From: TPA_inf: Saccharomyces
Lineage: Eukaryota
Direction of reading: 5' to 3'
NCBI GenBank assembly: GCA_000146045.2
Contig: BK006948.2
Span: forward strand, 288,001 to 352,000
Length of the DNA: 64,000 nt
Both the position numbers and the translations under genes were made by a program. Positions 36,365 through 46,508 of this stretch are shown here, piece by piece; positions within the stretch are counted from its first letter, which is position 1, and each line of letters begins with the position of its first letter. The notes below the pieces were generated by a model that searched no databases, was not told the DNA's origin, and saw only the letters and a program-made list of their open reading frames with translations.

Positions 36365-37248
36365 TTGGAATGATTCTTCTCCAACATGCAGCATAATTAA
36401 AACGACGGGAAATTTAGTACATTTGGCTCAAGGAACGCTGACATAAATACTATTTCTAATCTACTATTCGAAGAGATGTTGGATTTCTAAAAAAAAAAGA
36501 GCTCAACAACGGAAGACCGCCTATTAACCCCGAGTGTCTGTTTTTTAGTATACTCGAAGCAAACAAGAAAAGTTTGTTACTTAATTTCTGGCCTAAACAA
36601 GGTAGTGCTACCCTAGAGGAAGTACGATATCAGTACACTTTTGTATTTTTAACGAATTATGGTATTCTTTAAAATATTTAACATGCTATCGAGTTTTTCT
36701 TTCTAAAATGCGGTTTCAAAATTTGAGTCCGCTTTCTATGGAAAATATGAATGAGGCGAACGTGCTTGTACCATAGTCAGATTTTAACCCGTAGGTGAGA
36801 GCCTGAGGCTTCTGTAAACCACCTTGGAAACACATACGGGTTATAAGATTTTAACAAACAATCAGTCTCCATACTCATCCTAGGATCTCTTCTTCATTTG
36901 ATGAATAAAGGATTCAAACTTCAGAAAGTTATTCAGCGTATATTGGCTTTCCTTTAATCTAATGCCCCAAGCCATCATAAATAGCCATATTACTTTGAAA
37001 GTGCTCATCCGTATACACTGCAACTTTTCTTCTTTTCTCTTTAGCCGATTATAGCTCCTACCTGTTTTTTTTTTCTTCTTAAGATTATTTATATTCCAAT
37101 TTTATCATCCGTATTGTTTCCAATAGCGTTCCAGTGATCAGTTATATACTTCGAGAGGCAGATAACCTTTCTTTTTATAAGTGTTTATCAAATTTAAGTC
37201 TGCAAGCTATCATAAGACGAGGATATCCTTTGGAGACTCATAGAAATC

Positions 37249-38130
37249 ATGGAAAGCACATCAGGAGAACGTTCCGAAAATATACATGAGGATCAAGGGA
37301 TACCAAAAGTAATTCTGCCCGCTGATTTTAATAAATGCTCTAGAACTGACCTAGTGGTGCTCATATCACGAATGTTAGTATCGCTGATAGCAATCAATGA
37401 AAATTCAGCAACAAAGAAATCTGATGACCAAATTACTTTAACACGATACCATTCTAAGATTCCTCCAAACATATCAATCTTCAACTATTTCATACGACTG
37501 ACAAAGTTTTCCTCTTTAGAACATTGTGTGCTTATGACATCACTCTATTATATCGATTTATTGCAAACTGTGTATCCTGATTTTACGCTTAATTCGTTGA
37601 CTGCCCATAGGTTTTTATTAACAGCCACCACAGTCGCAACAAAAGGCTTATGTGATTCGTTCTCAACAAACGCCCATTATGCAAAAGTTGGAGGAGTACG
37701 ATGTCACGAATTGAATATACTGGAGAACGATTTTTTAAAGAGAGTAAACTACAGAATCATTCCGCGGGATCATAACATTACGTTATGTAGTATAGAGCAA
37801 AAACAGAAAAAGTTTGTCATAGATAAAAACGCATTAGGGTCTCTCGATTTGGATTCTTATTCTTACGTTAATCGTCCAAAAAGTGGATATAATGTTCTAG
37901 ATAAATACTATCGAAGAATAGTTCAGCTGGTGGGTTCCTTTAACGCTTCACCTGATAAGAGTAGAAAGGTTGATTATGTTCTCCCGCCAAATATTGATAT
38001 AGTGAGTGAAAGTGGCTCCCAAACTACTCAACTAAAGGGGTCGTCATCACCCAATTCTCACTCTTCACAAAAGCGATATTCTGAGGCAAAGGACGCACAT
38101 ATCTATAACAAGCGATCAAAGCCAGATTAA
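37249..38130 (+). CDS. PHO80: Cyclin partner of the Pho85 CDK
   Basis: 293-aa ORF with a cyclin box (…FIRLTKFSSLEHCVLMTSLYYIDLL…). It lies immediately left of the centromere, as PHO80 (YOL001W) does. Confidence 0.9.
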   Translation: MESTSGERSENIHEDQGIPKVILPADFNKCSRTDLVVLISRMLVSLIAINENSATKKSDDQITLTRYHSKIPPNISIFNYFIRLTKFSSLEHCVLMTSLYYIDLLQTVYPDFTLNSLTAHRFLLTATTVATKGLCDSFSTNAHYAKVGGVRCHELNILENDFLKRVNYRIIPRDHNITLCSIEQKQKKFVIDKNALGSLDLDSYSYVNRPKSGYNVLDKYYRRIVQLVGSFNASPDKSRKVDYVLPPNIDIVSESGSQTTQLKGSSSPNSHSSQKRYSEAKDAHIYNKRSKPD

Positions 38131-38190
38131 TGATTTTTCGTGGGGTATTATGAAAGCAATCATGATTGAGCAAAATTAAAACTTTCCATT

Positions 38191-38195
<5 letters not shown>

Positions 38196-38221
<26 letters not shown>

Positions 38222-38232
38222 CTGTGTGTGTA
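38196..38232. repeat. (TA)13(TG)4 microsatellite ~65 bp downstream of the PHO80 stop and ~350 bp from CEN15
   Basis: atatatatatatatatatatatatatctgtgtgtgtat, read directly. Confidence 0.9.
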
Positions 38233-38583
38233 TAATAAGCAATTGGCCATCATTTGGCTAAAAAGTTCAAGATTTCAGGTAGTATATAAGAGAATAACTT
38301 CCCTCTTTTGCTAAAGAAGGATATGTTCTATTTCAGCCTTTTTGCATCATAAGAGCATAAGCGACAGAAAACACTTCGAGATGAGCTTGAGAACTCCATT
38401 TCAATTAACTTGATAAATACATGTAGATTCATATCATCACTGTTCTTTTCAGATACTAGTTTCAAAACTTCCTTGACAGAACCATTTCATGTTCAATAAT
38501 GAAAATTACTTTCACATGTTTTAGTGGAAAAATACTGAACAATGAAATTTCAATATCGCATATAATAATTTTTGTTATCAAAT

Positions 38584-38702
38584 ATATATTTTTCGGAAGT
38601 CATATACATTAAATAATTAAAACATTATTTTTAAAAATTAAAAAAATATATTTTAGCAAATAGTTTTTACTTTTTTTTAAATGCAAAATAAGTTCACGTG
38701 AT
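38584..38702 (-). other. CEN15: Point centromere CEN15, with CDEI, CDEII and CDEIII read on the minus strand
   Basis: On the minus strand, CDEI ATCACGTG is the complement of 38695-38702. CDEII is ~86 bp of >90% A+T (38609-38694). CDEIII is TGTATATGACTTCCGAAAAATATAT, the complement of ~38584-38608, with the essential central CCG. It falls exactly between PHO80 (YOL001W) and RRP6 (YOR001W). Confidence 0.9.
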
Positions 38703-38831
38703 ATTATTAATAATATTTTACCCAAAAATATGAGGGCATCGGAAAATTTTTCAGTAATGAATATTAATGTTCATCTGAAGATAGACGAAATAGGAACAAC
38801 AAACAGCTTATAAGCACCCAATAAGTGCGTT

Positions 38832-41033
38832 ATGACTTCTGAAAATCCGGATGTACTTTTATCTAGGGTGATAAATGTGGTGAGAGCAGCATCATCGTTA
38901 GCCAGTCAAGATGTAGACTTTTACAAGAATTTAGACAGGGGATTTAGTAAAGATCTGAAATCAAAAGCAGACAAACTTGCGGATATGGCGAATGAAATAA
39001 TCCTCTCTATTGATGAGCATCATGAATCATTTGAACTTAAAGAAGAGGACATTTCTGACTTGTGGAACAACTTTGGAAACATCATGGATAATTTGTTAGA
39101 AATGTCAGACCATTCGCTGGATAAGCTGAATTGTGCAATAAACTCAAAGTCAAGAGGTTCCGATCTTCAGTATTTAGGCGAATTTTCAGGAAAGAATTTT
39201 TCTCCCACCAAAAGAGTCGAAAAACCTCAGTTGAAATTTAAAAGTCCAATTGATAACAGCGAAAGTCATCCGTTCATACCTTTATTGAAGGAAAAACCAA
39301 ATGCTTTGAAGCCACTCTCTGAGAGTTTGAGGTTGGTTGATGATGATGAAAATAACCCCAGTCACTACCCCCATCCTTATGAATATGAGATTGATCATCA
39401 AGAGTATAGTCCAGAAATTCTCCAAATTAGAGAGGAGATTCCCTCAAAATCCTGGGATGATTCGGTACCAATTTGGGTAGATACAAGTACAGAACTCGAA
39501 TCAATGTTGGAGGACTTGAAAAATACGAAAGAGATTGCCGTTGATCTTGAGCATCACGATTATAGGTCATACTATGGTATTGTTTGCCTCATGCAAATTA
39601 GTACAAGGGAAAGGGATTATTTAGTTGATACTCTAAAACTTCGCGAAAATTTACATATTCTGAACGAAGTGTTTACGAACCCTTCAATTGTGAAAGTTTT
39701 TCACGGTGCATTCATGGATATTATTTGGCTTCAGCGAGATTTAGGTTTGTATGTCGTTGGTCTCTTCGATACTTACCATGCGTCTAAAGCAATCGGTCTT
39801 CCTAGACATAGTTTGGCCTATCTTTTGGAGAATTTTGCCAATTTTAAAACTTCAAAGAAATATCAGTTGGCTGACTGGCGTATAAGACCGCTTTCAAAAC
39901 CCATGACGGCATATGCTAGAGCAGATACTCACTTTTTACTAAATATATATGACCAGTTGAGAAACAAACTTATCGAGTCTAATAAGTTAGCAGGTGTTCT
40001 TTATGAATCAAGAAATGTCGCAAAAAGAAGGTTTGAATATTCAAAGTACAGACCACTGACACCTTCTTCAGAAGTTTATTCTCCAATCGAAAAAGAGAGT
40101 CCTTGGAAAATATTGATGTATCAGTACAACATACCACCTGAGAGGGAAGTATTAGTAAGAGAGCTATACCAATGGAGAGATCTTATTGCAAGAAGAGACG
40201 ATGAATCGCCACGATTTGTTATGCCAAACCAGTTATTGGCTGCACTTGTCGCATATACACCTACTGATGTCATAGGTGTTGTTTCTTTGACCAATGGCGT
40301 AACTGAACATGTCCGCCAGAATGCAAAACTATTAGCTAATTTGATAAGAGATGCATTACGAAACATCAAGAACACCAATGAGGAAGCTACTCCCATTCCA
40401 TCTTCCGAGACCAAAGCAGACGGAATATTGTTGGAGACTATAAGTGTTCCTCAAATCCGTGATGTTATGGAAAGGTTTTCGGTGTTGTGCAACAGCAATA
40501 TTTCCAAGAGCCGAGCCAAGCCTGTCACTAATTCTTCTATTCTGTTGGGTAAGATTTTACCACGTGAGGAGCATGATATTGCATATAGCAAAGACGGCTT
40601 GCCAAATAAAGTGAAGACGGAAGATATCAGGATCCGAGCACAAAATTTCAAGTCTGCCTTAGCAAACTTGGAGGATATCATATTCGAAATAGAGAAACCT
40701 CTCGTTGTTCCTGTCAAGCTAGAGGAGATTAAGACAGTAGACCCTGCGAGCGCACCTAATCACTCGCCTGAGATTGATAATCTTGATGATCTTGTTGTTT
40801 TAAAGAAGAAAAACATTCAAAAGAAACAACCAGCAAAGGAAAAAGGTGTAACGGAAAAAGATGCTGTGGATTATTCAAAAATTCCGAATATCTTATCTAA
40901 TAAGCCTGGCCAAAATAATAGACAACAAAAGAAAAGGAGATTCGACCCATCATCTAGCGATAGTAATGGACCAAGGGCAGCTAAAAAGAGGAGGCCTGCC
41001 GCCAAAGGTAAGAATCTGTCATTTAAAAGGTGA
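38832..41033 (+). CDS. RRP6: Nuclear exosome 3'-5' exoribonuclease (RNase D family, HRDC domain)
   Basis: 733-aa ORF with DEDD-Y exonuclease motifs (…AVDLEHH…, …FHGAFMDIIWL…, …YARADTHFLL…), an HRDC region and a basic NLS-rich C-terminus. Confidence 0.95.
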   Translation: MTSENPDVLLSRVINVVRAASSLASQDVDFYKNLDRGFSKDLKSKADKLADMANEIILSIDEHHESFELKEEDISDLWNNFGNIMDNLLEMSDHSLDKLNCAINSKSRGSDLQYLGEFSGKNFSPTKRVEKPQLKFKSPIDNSESHPFIPLLKEKPNALKPLSESLRLVDDDENNPSHYPHPYEYEIDHQEYSPEILQIREEIPSKSWDDSVPIWVDTSTELESMLEDLKNTKEIAVDLEHHDYRSYYGIVCLMQISTRERDYLVDTLKLRENLHILNEVFTNPSIVKVFHGAFMDIIWLQRDLGLYVVGLFDTYHASKAIGLPRHSLAYLLENFANFKTSKKYQLADWRIRPLSKPMTAYARADTHFLLNIYDQLRNKLIESNKLAGVLYESRNVAKRRFEYSKYRPLTPSSEVYSPIEKESPWKILMYQYNIPPEREVLVRELYQWRDLIARRDDESPRFVMPNQLLAALVAYTPTDVIGVVSLTNGVTEHVRQNAKLLANLIRDALRNIKNTNEEATPIPSSETKADGILLETISVPQIRDVMERFSVLCNSNISKSRAKPVTNSSILLGKILPREEHDIAYSKDGLPNKVKTEDIRIRAQNFKSALANLEDIIFEIEKPLVVPVKLEEIKTVDPASAPNHSPEIDNLDDLVVLKKKNIQKKQPAKEKGVTEKDAVDYSKIPNILSNKPGQNNRQQKKRRFDPSSSDSNGPRAAKKRRPAAKGKNLSFKR

Positions 41034-41416
41034 TTATGTAAAACAAGCGTATTTTTTTATTTATAAATTATGGTAATTTTCATTTAAGACCTCTAAATTC
41101 ATCTAATCGAATATCTGTGTCATGGAGTTATGGCTCCCCCATGCACACCATTTTCTCTTTTTTTGTTTCTGTGTTTCCCTTCATCTCCTTTATTATGAAA
41201 AGTACAAGTTTTATATAATTTCAACGTCGGAGGTTATCCGGAAATCTATAGTTGAATTTTTGCAGGATTATACTTCGCTCGAATATTGTGCGTGTTAAAT
41301 ACTCAGCGAGAACAATACTTCCAAGTTAGAAAAGGGATTTGCTCATGTTAAAGCAATGGCACTCCGAATGGACGGTGTCAGGAATTCTTTTCTTCACATC
41401 AGGCTTCGCATAGAAA

Positions 41417-43051
41417 ATGGCCATTGGCAAAAGGTTACTGGTGAACAAACCAGCAGAAGAATCATTTTATGCTTCTCCAATGTATGATTTTTTGTATCCG
41501 TTTAGGCCAGTGGGGAACCAATGGCTGCCAGAATATATTATCTTTGTATGTGCTGTAATACTGAGGTGCACAATTGGACTTGGTCCATATTCTGGGAAAG
41601 GCAGTCCACCGCTGTACGGCGATTTTGAGGCTCAGAGACATTGGATGGAAATTACGCAACATTTACCGCTTTCTAAGTGGTACTGGTATGATTTGCAATA
41701 CTGGGGATTGGACTATCCACCATTAACAGCATTTCATTCGTACCTTCTGGGCCTAATTGGATCTTTTTTCAATCCATCTTGGTTTGCACTAGAAAAGTCA
41801 CGTGGCTTTGAATCCCCCGATAATGGCCTGAAAACATATATGCGTTCTACTGTCATCATTAGCGACATATTGTTTTACTTTCCTGCAGTAATATACTTTA
41901 CTAAGTGGCTTGGTAGATATCGAAACCAGTCGCCCATAGGACAATCTATTGCGGCATCAGCGATTTTGTTCCAACCTTCATTAATGCTCATTGACCATGG
42001 GCACTTTCAATATAATTCAGTCATGCTTGGCCTTACTGCTTATGCCATAAATAACTTATTAGATGAGTATTATGCTATGGCGGCCGTTTGTTTTGTCCTA
42101 TCCATTTGTTTTAAACAAATGGCATTGTATTATGCACCGATTTTTTTTGCTTATCTATTAAGTCGATCATTGCTGTTCCCCAAATTTAACATAGCTAGAT
42201 TGACGGTTATTGCGTTTGCAACACTCGCAACTTTTGCTATAATATTTGCGCCATTATATTTCTTGGGAGGAGGATTAAAGAATATTCACCAATGTATTCA
42301 CAGGATATTCCCTTTTGCCAGGGGCATCTTCGAAGACAAGGTTGCTAACTTCTGGTGCGTTACGAACGTGTTTGTAAAATACAAGGAAAGATTCACTATA
42401 CAACAACTCCAGCTATATTCATTGATTGCCACCGTGATTGGTTTCTTACCAGCCATGATAATGACATTACTTCATCCCAAAAAGCATCTTCTCCCATACG
42501 TGTTAATCGCATGTTCGATGTCCTTTTTTCTTTTTAGCTTTCAAGTACATGAGAAAACTATCCTCATCCCACTTTTGCCTATTACACTACTCTACTCCTC
42601 TACTGATTGGAATGTTCTATCTCTTGTAAGTTGGATAAACAATGTGGCTTTGTTTACGCTATGGCCTTTGTTGAAAAAGGACGGTCTTCATTTACAGTAT
42701 GCCGTATCTTTCTTACTAAGCAATTGGCTGATTGGAAATTTCAGTTTTATTACACCAAGGTTCTTGCCAAAATCTTTAACTCCTGGCCCTTCTATCAGCA
42801 GCATCAATAGCGACTATAGAAGAAGAAGCTTACTGCCATATAATGTGGTTTGGAAAAGTTTTATCATAGGAACGTATATTGCTATGGGCTTTTATCATTT
42901 CTTAGATCAATTTGTAGCACCTCCATCGAAATATCCAGACTTGTGGGTGTTGTTGAACTGTGCTGTTGGGTTCATTTGCTTTAGCATATTTTGGCTATGG
43001 TCTTATTACAAGATATTCACTTCCGGTAGCAAATCCATGAAGGACTTGTAG
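41417..43051 (+). CDS. ALG6: Dol-P-Glc:Man9GlcNAc2-PP-Dol alpha-1,3-glucosyltransferase
   Basis: 544-aa polytopic ORF of the ALG6/ALG8 family (…DYPPLTAFHSY…, …QFQYNSVMLGL…). Confidence 0.9.
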   Translation: MAIGKRLLVNKPAEESFYASPMYDFLYPFRPVGNQWLPEYIIFVCAVILRCTIGLGPYSGKGSPPLYGDFEAQRHWMEITQHLPLSKWYWYDLQYWGLDYPPLTAFHSYLLGLIGSFFNPSWFALEKSRGFESPDNGLKTYMRSTVIISDILFYFPAVIYFTKWLGRYRNQSPIGQSIAASAILFQPSLMLIDHGHFQYNSVMLGLTAYAINNLLDEYYAMAAVCFVLSICFKQMALYYAPIFFAYLLSRSLLFPKFNIARLTVIAFATLATFAIIFAPLYFLGGGLKNIHQCIHRIFPFARGIFEDKVANFWCVTNVFVKYKERFTIQQLQLYSLIATVIGFLPAMIMTLLHPKKHLLPYVLIACSMSFFLFSFQVHEKTILIPLLPITLLYSSTDWNVLSLVSWINNVALFTLWPLLKKDGLHLQYAVSFLLSNWLIGNFSFITPRFLPKSLTPGPSISSINSDYRRRSLLPYNVVWKSFIIGTYIAMGFYHFLDQFVAPPSKYPDLWVLLNCAVGFICFSIFWLWSYYKIFTSGSKSMKDL

Positions 43052-43454
43052 TTACATTTTAACTTATATAACTGTACAATGTCAGTCAGACGCAACTGAT
43101 ATAAAAGATGTGCTCTACAAGTAAAGATTATTTCAACTCTTAAAAATATTTGAAAAATGCACTATAATTTGATCTAAATAAGGTACAGATAATGGTAAGG
43201 CAAAACTACTACATTTGGCAGTGAGTATTGTTAGCTTTTCCGCTTATTTTCTCTCCTGGAGTAGCCACCGTTCGCGTCTTCCGAGCAATGGCGAATCTCG
43301 AATCTCGGAAGGGCGGCTACTGATAACAGGCACTCATATATATATTATTAGATAAGAGTTTTTTTTGACTGAGTCCTTATAACACGTAACTTATCAAGTT
43401 GCTATATTGTAAGTTCAGGTTTCCAATCTGTTCAACCACTTTATATCTTTAAAC

Positions 43455-44891
43455 ATGAAATTCTCTACCATCTTACCTATACTTTGGGCAAATTGCTGTC
43501 TTTGTATGATCATCCCTGATTTCGACGGGATAGTTCGTTTTATTGAGAATATTGATGGTACTCGCAGTGTAAGAGCAGGAGAAGGTTTGGGACAGCATGA
43601 TCCTGGAAATTTTCACACTGAACATCAACATGTCGCTCATAAAACAGAGTTTCTTCCTTATCGGTATGTCATAGTCTTTAATGAAGATATTTCCCTCCAG
43701 CAGATTCAATCGCATATGCAAGTGGTACAGAAGGATCATAGTACCTCAGTAGGTAAGCTTACAGAAAATGACGCTTTTTGGAGGGTAATTTCTTCTTCAG
43801 TATCATCTAAATCTCAATTTGGAGGTATTGATAATTTTTTTGACATAAATGGTCTATTTCGAGGTTATACTGGCTATTTCACTGATGAAATCATTAAAAT
43901 AATCTCCCAGGACCCAATCATAAAGTTCGTAGAGCAAGAAACTACAGTAAAAATATCTAATTCGTCATTGCAGGAAGAAGCGCCTTGGGGTTTACATAGA
44001 GTTTCGCACAGGGAGAAACCAAAATATGGACAAGATTTGGAATATTTATATGAAGATGCCGCCGGAAAAGGTGTCACATCATATGTACTCGACACAGGAA
44101 TTGATACCGAGCACGAGGACTTTGAAGGGCGTGCTGAGTGGGGAGCCGTTATACCAGCAAACGATGAAGCTTCTGATTTGAATGGTCATGGAACTCACTG
44201 TGCGGGGATTATCGGATCGAAGCACTTTGGTGTAGCCAAAAATACAAAAATAGTAGCTGTCAAAGTTCTTCGTTCTAATGGGGAAGGGACGGTTTCAGAT
44301 GTTATTAAAGGTATAGAGTATGTTACTAAGGAGCATATAGAATCGTCGAAGAAAAAGAATAAAGAATTCAAAGGATCGACTGCCAATCTTTCTTTGGGAA
44401 GTAGCAAATCGCTAGCTATGGAAATGGCTGTAAATGCAGCTGTAGATAGCGGTGTCCATTTTGCTATTGCGGCAGGAAATGAGGATGAAGATGCTTGTCT
44501 CAGTTCACCAGCAGGAGCTGAAAAAAGTATTACGGTCGGTGCTTCGACATTTAGTGATGATAGAGCATTCTTTTCGAACTGGGGCACATGTGTTGATGTG
44601 TTTGCTCCCGGTATAAATATTATGTCCACCTATATTGGTTCAAGGAATGCAACTTTAAGTTTATCAGGTACTTCCATGGCGTCCCCGCACGTTGCTGGTA
44701 TTTTAAGTTACTTTTTATCATTACAGCCTGCACCAGACAGTGAATTTTTCAACGACGCTCCCTCACCTCAAGAATTGAAAGAAAAAGTCCTAAAATTTAG
44801 TACACAGGGAGTACTGGGTGATATCGGTGATGATACTCCTAACAAATTAATATATAATGGGGGAGGTAAGAAATTGGATGGTTTTTGGTAG
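43455..44891 (+). CDS. YSP3: Subtilisin-like serine protease (proteinase B paralogue)
   Basis: 478-aa ORF with a signal peptide, an I9 propeptide and the subtilase catalytic triad (D in VLDTGID, H in GHGTHCAG, S in GTSMASPHVAG). Confidence 0.9.
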   Translation: MKFSTILPILWANCCLCMIIPDFDGIVRFIENIDGTRSVRAGEGLGQHDPGNFHTEHQHVAHKTEFLPYRYVIVFNEDISLQQIQSHMQVVQKDHSTSVGKLTENDAFWRVISSSVSSKSQFGGIDNFFDINGLFRGYTGYFTDEIIKIISQDPIIKFVEQETTVKISNSSLQEEAPWGLHRVSHREKPKYGQDLEYLYEDAAGKGVTSYVLDTGIDTEHEDFEGRAEWGAVIPANDEASDLNGHGTHCAGIIGSKHFGVAKNTKIVAVKVLRSNGEGTVSDVIKGIEYVTKEHIESSKKKNKEFKGSTANLSLGSSKSLAMEMAVNAAVDSGVHFAIAAGNEDEDACLSSPAGAEKSITVGASTFSDDRAFFSNWGTCVDVFAPGINIMSTYIGSRNATLSLSGTSMASPHVAGILSYFLSLQPAPDSEFFNDAPSPQELKEKVLKFSTQGVLGDIGDDTPNKLIYNGGGKKLDGFW

Positions 44892-45591
44892 CTTTGATTT
44901 TGAATTTAGGAGCACCCAGGAGATTTTATTTTATTCTTTTCATACAGGTCAGCATAAGCCTAAGAAAGACGTTTGAAATCGCTAATCGGCTTTTTGTTCC
45001 TACGAGTAGGTTAAATTCTTTCAATAATATACATAATAAATTAGTAGTAAAGATAAACTTTTGTTCGCGATGCAGTTCTTTTGGTTGTGAATAGTTTTTT
45101 TACGAATTTATACTAGTCACTGCTAGATAAGGGTTAAGGAGGTAAATAAAATACGACAACCACTTTAAATAGGTTTCAAAACTATCCTTCAACAGATAAA
45201 AGGGTTTACCGTCAGAATCATTGAAATCTTTTAAAGGGTGTGAAACTATTTTTATCTTCCTCTGTCACCGTCCAAAGCAACCGAGCAATGCAGTGTTTTT
45301 CCTTTTAAAAACTACCTCAGATCATAGGTACAAGTTACAACTGAATGTCTACAATTGTGATCTCGGCTCGATAATGTATTCTATGTATGAGAGGCATCTT
45401 CTTGTTTTGATTATTTCTATCATTTACTAAGGAAAAAAAAAAAAATATACATGCGGTGCGATGCGATGATCTTCGGGAAGAAAAATTTTCAAGATGTCAA
45501 TTAAACAATAGTATAATTATCGTGATGAGCAAGAAGGGAAGCAATCCAATAATAAAAACCAACTATTGTAAGCGCTCCCGATATACCTAAC

Positions 45592-46356
45592 ATGCGTCAA
45601 AAGAGGGCTAAGTCATATAGGAAACAACTTCTTGTTTACAGTCACACATTTAAGTTCCGTGAGCCATATCAAGTTTTGGTTGATAATCAGCTTGTTTTAG
45701 AATGTAATAATTCTAATTTTAATCTACCGAGTGGGTTGAAAAGAACGTTGCAAGCAGACGTAAAGGTCATGATCACACAGTGTTGCATACAAGCGTTATA
45801 TGAAACTAGAAATGATGGTGCAATTAATTTAGCGAAACAATTTGAGAGACGTCGTTGTAACCACTCTTTTAAAGATCCAAAGTCACCTGCGGAGTGCATC
45901 GAAAGCGTCGTTAATATTAGCGGTGCAAATAAACACAGGTATGTGGTTGCTTCTCAGGACATAGATTTGAGGAGGAAGCTGAGGACGGTTCCGGGTGTTC
46001 CATTAATCCATTTAACCAGGTCTGTTATGGTTATGGAACCTCTCAGTACGGCGAGTGCCAAGGCAAGCAAGATTACTGAAGAACAAAAATTGTATAAGGG
46101 TCTCAATGATCCTAATATTGAAAAACTTCAAGAAAGTGGTGATGGATCAGGAAAGGAATCTATCACTAAGAAAAGAAAGCTTGGTCCAAAGGCTCCTAAT
46201 CCTTTGAGCGTAAAGAAGAAGAAGAAAGTCAACTCGCCCAGCGATGAGGTGAAAGACAAAGAAGATACTTCTAAAGAAAAGAAAAAAAGAAGAAGAAGGA
46301 AACACAAAAGCAACACTAACGTCCCCGTTTCAAATGGGACCACAGCCGCGCAGTAA
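45592..46356 (+). CDS. UTP23: SSU processome PIN-domain protein
   Basis: 254-aa ORF with a PIN-like N-terminus and a Lys-rich C-terminal tail. Fits YOR004W. Confidence 0.85.
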   Translation: MRQKRAKSYRKQLLVYSHTFKFREPYQVLVDNQLVLECNNSNFNLPSGLKRTLQADVKVMITQCCIQALYETRNDGAINLAKQFERRRCNHSFKDPKSPAECIESVVNISGANKHRYVVASQDIDLRRKLRTVPGVPLIHLTRSVMVMEPLSTASAKASKITEEQKLYKGLNDPNIEKLQESGDGSGKESITKKRKLGPKAPNPLSVKKKKKVNSPSDEVKDKEDTSKEKKKRRRRKHKSNTNVPVSNGTTAAQ

Positions 46357-46508
46357 ATTTTTTCCTTAAGTTAATTGACTGGCCAATCTTTTGAATATAA
46401 TTGCGCATCTTCCACTCTTATTGATAAACGTTACGGAAGTATTTAATGTACATATGTAGGATAGTATTAAATAAACTTCAAAAAATTAAGCCTCCGCAAA
46501 ACGCACCA

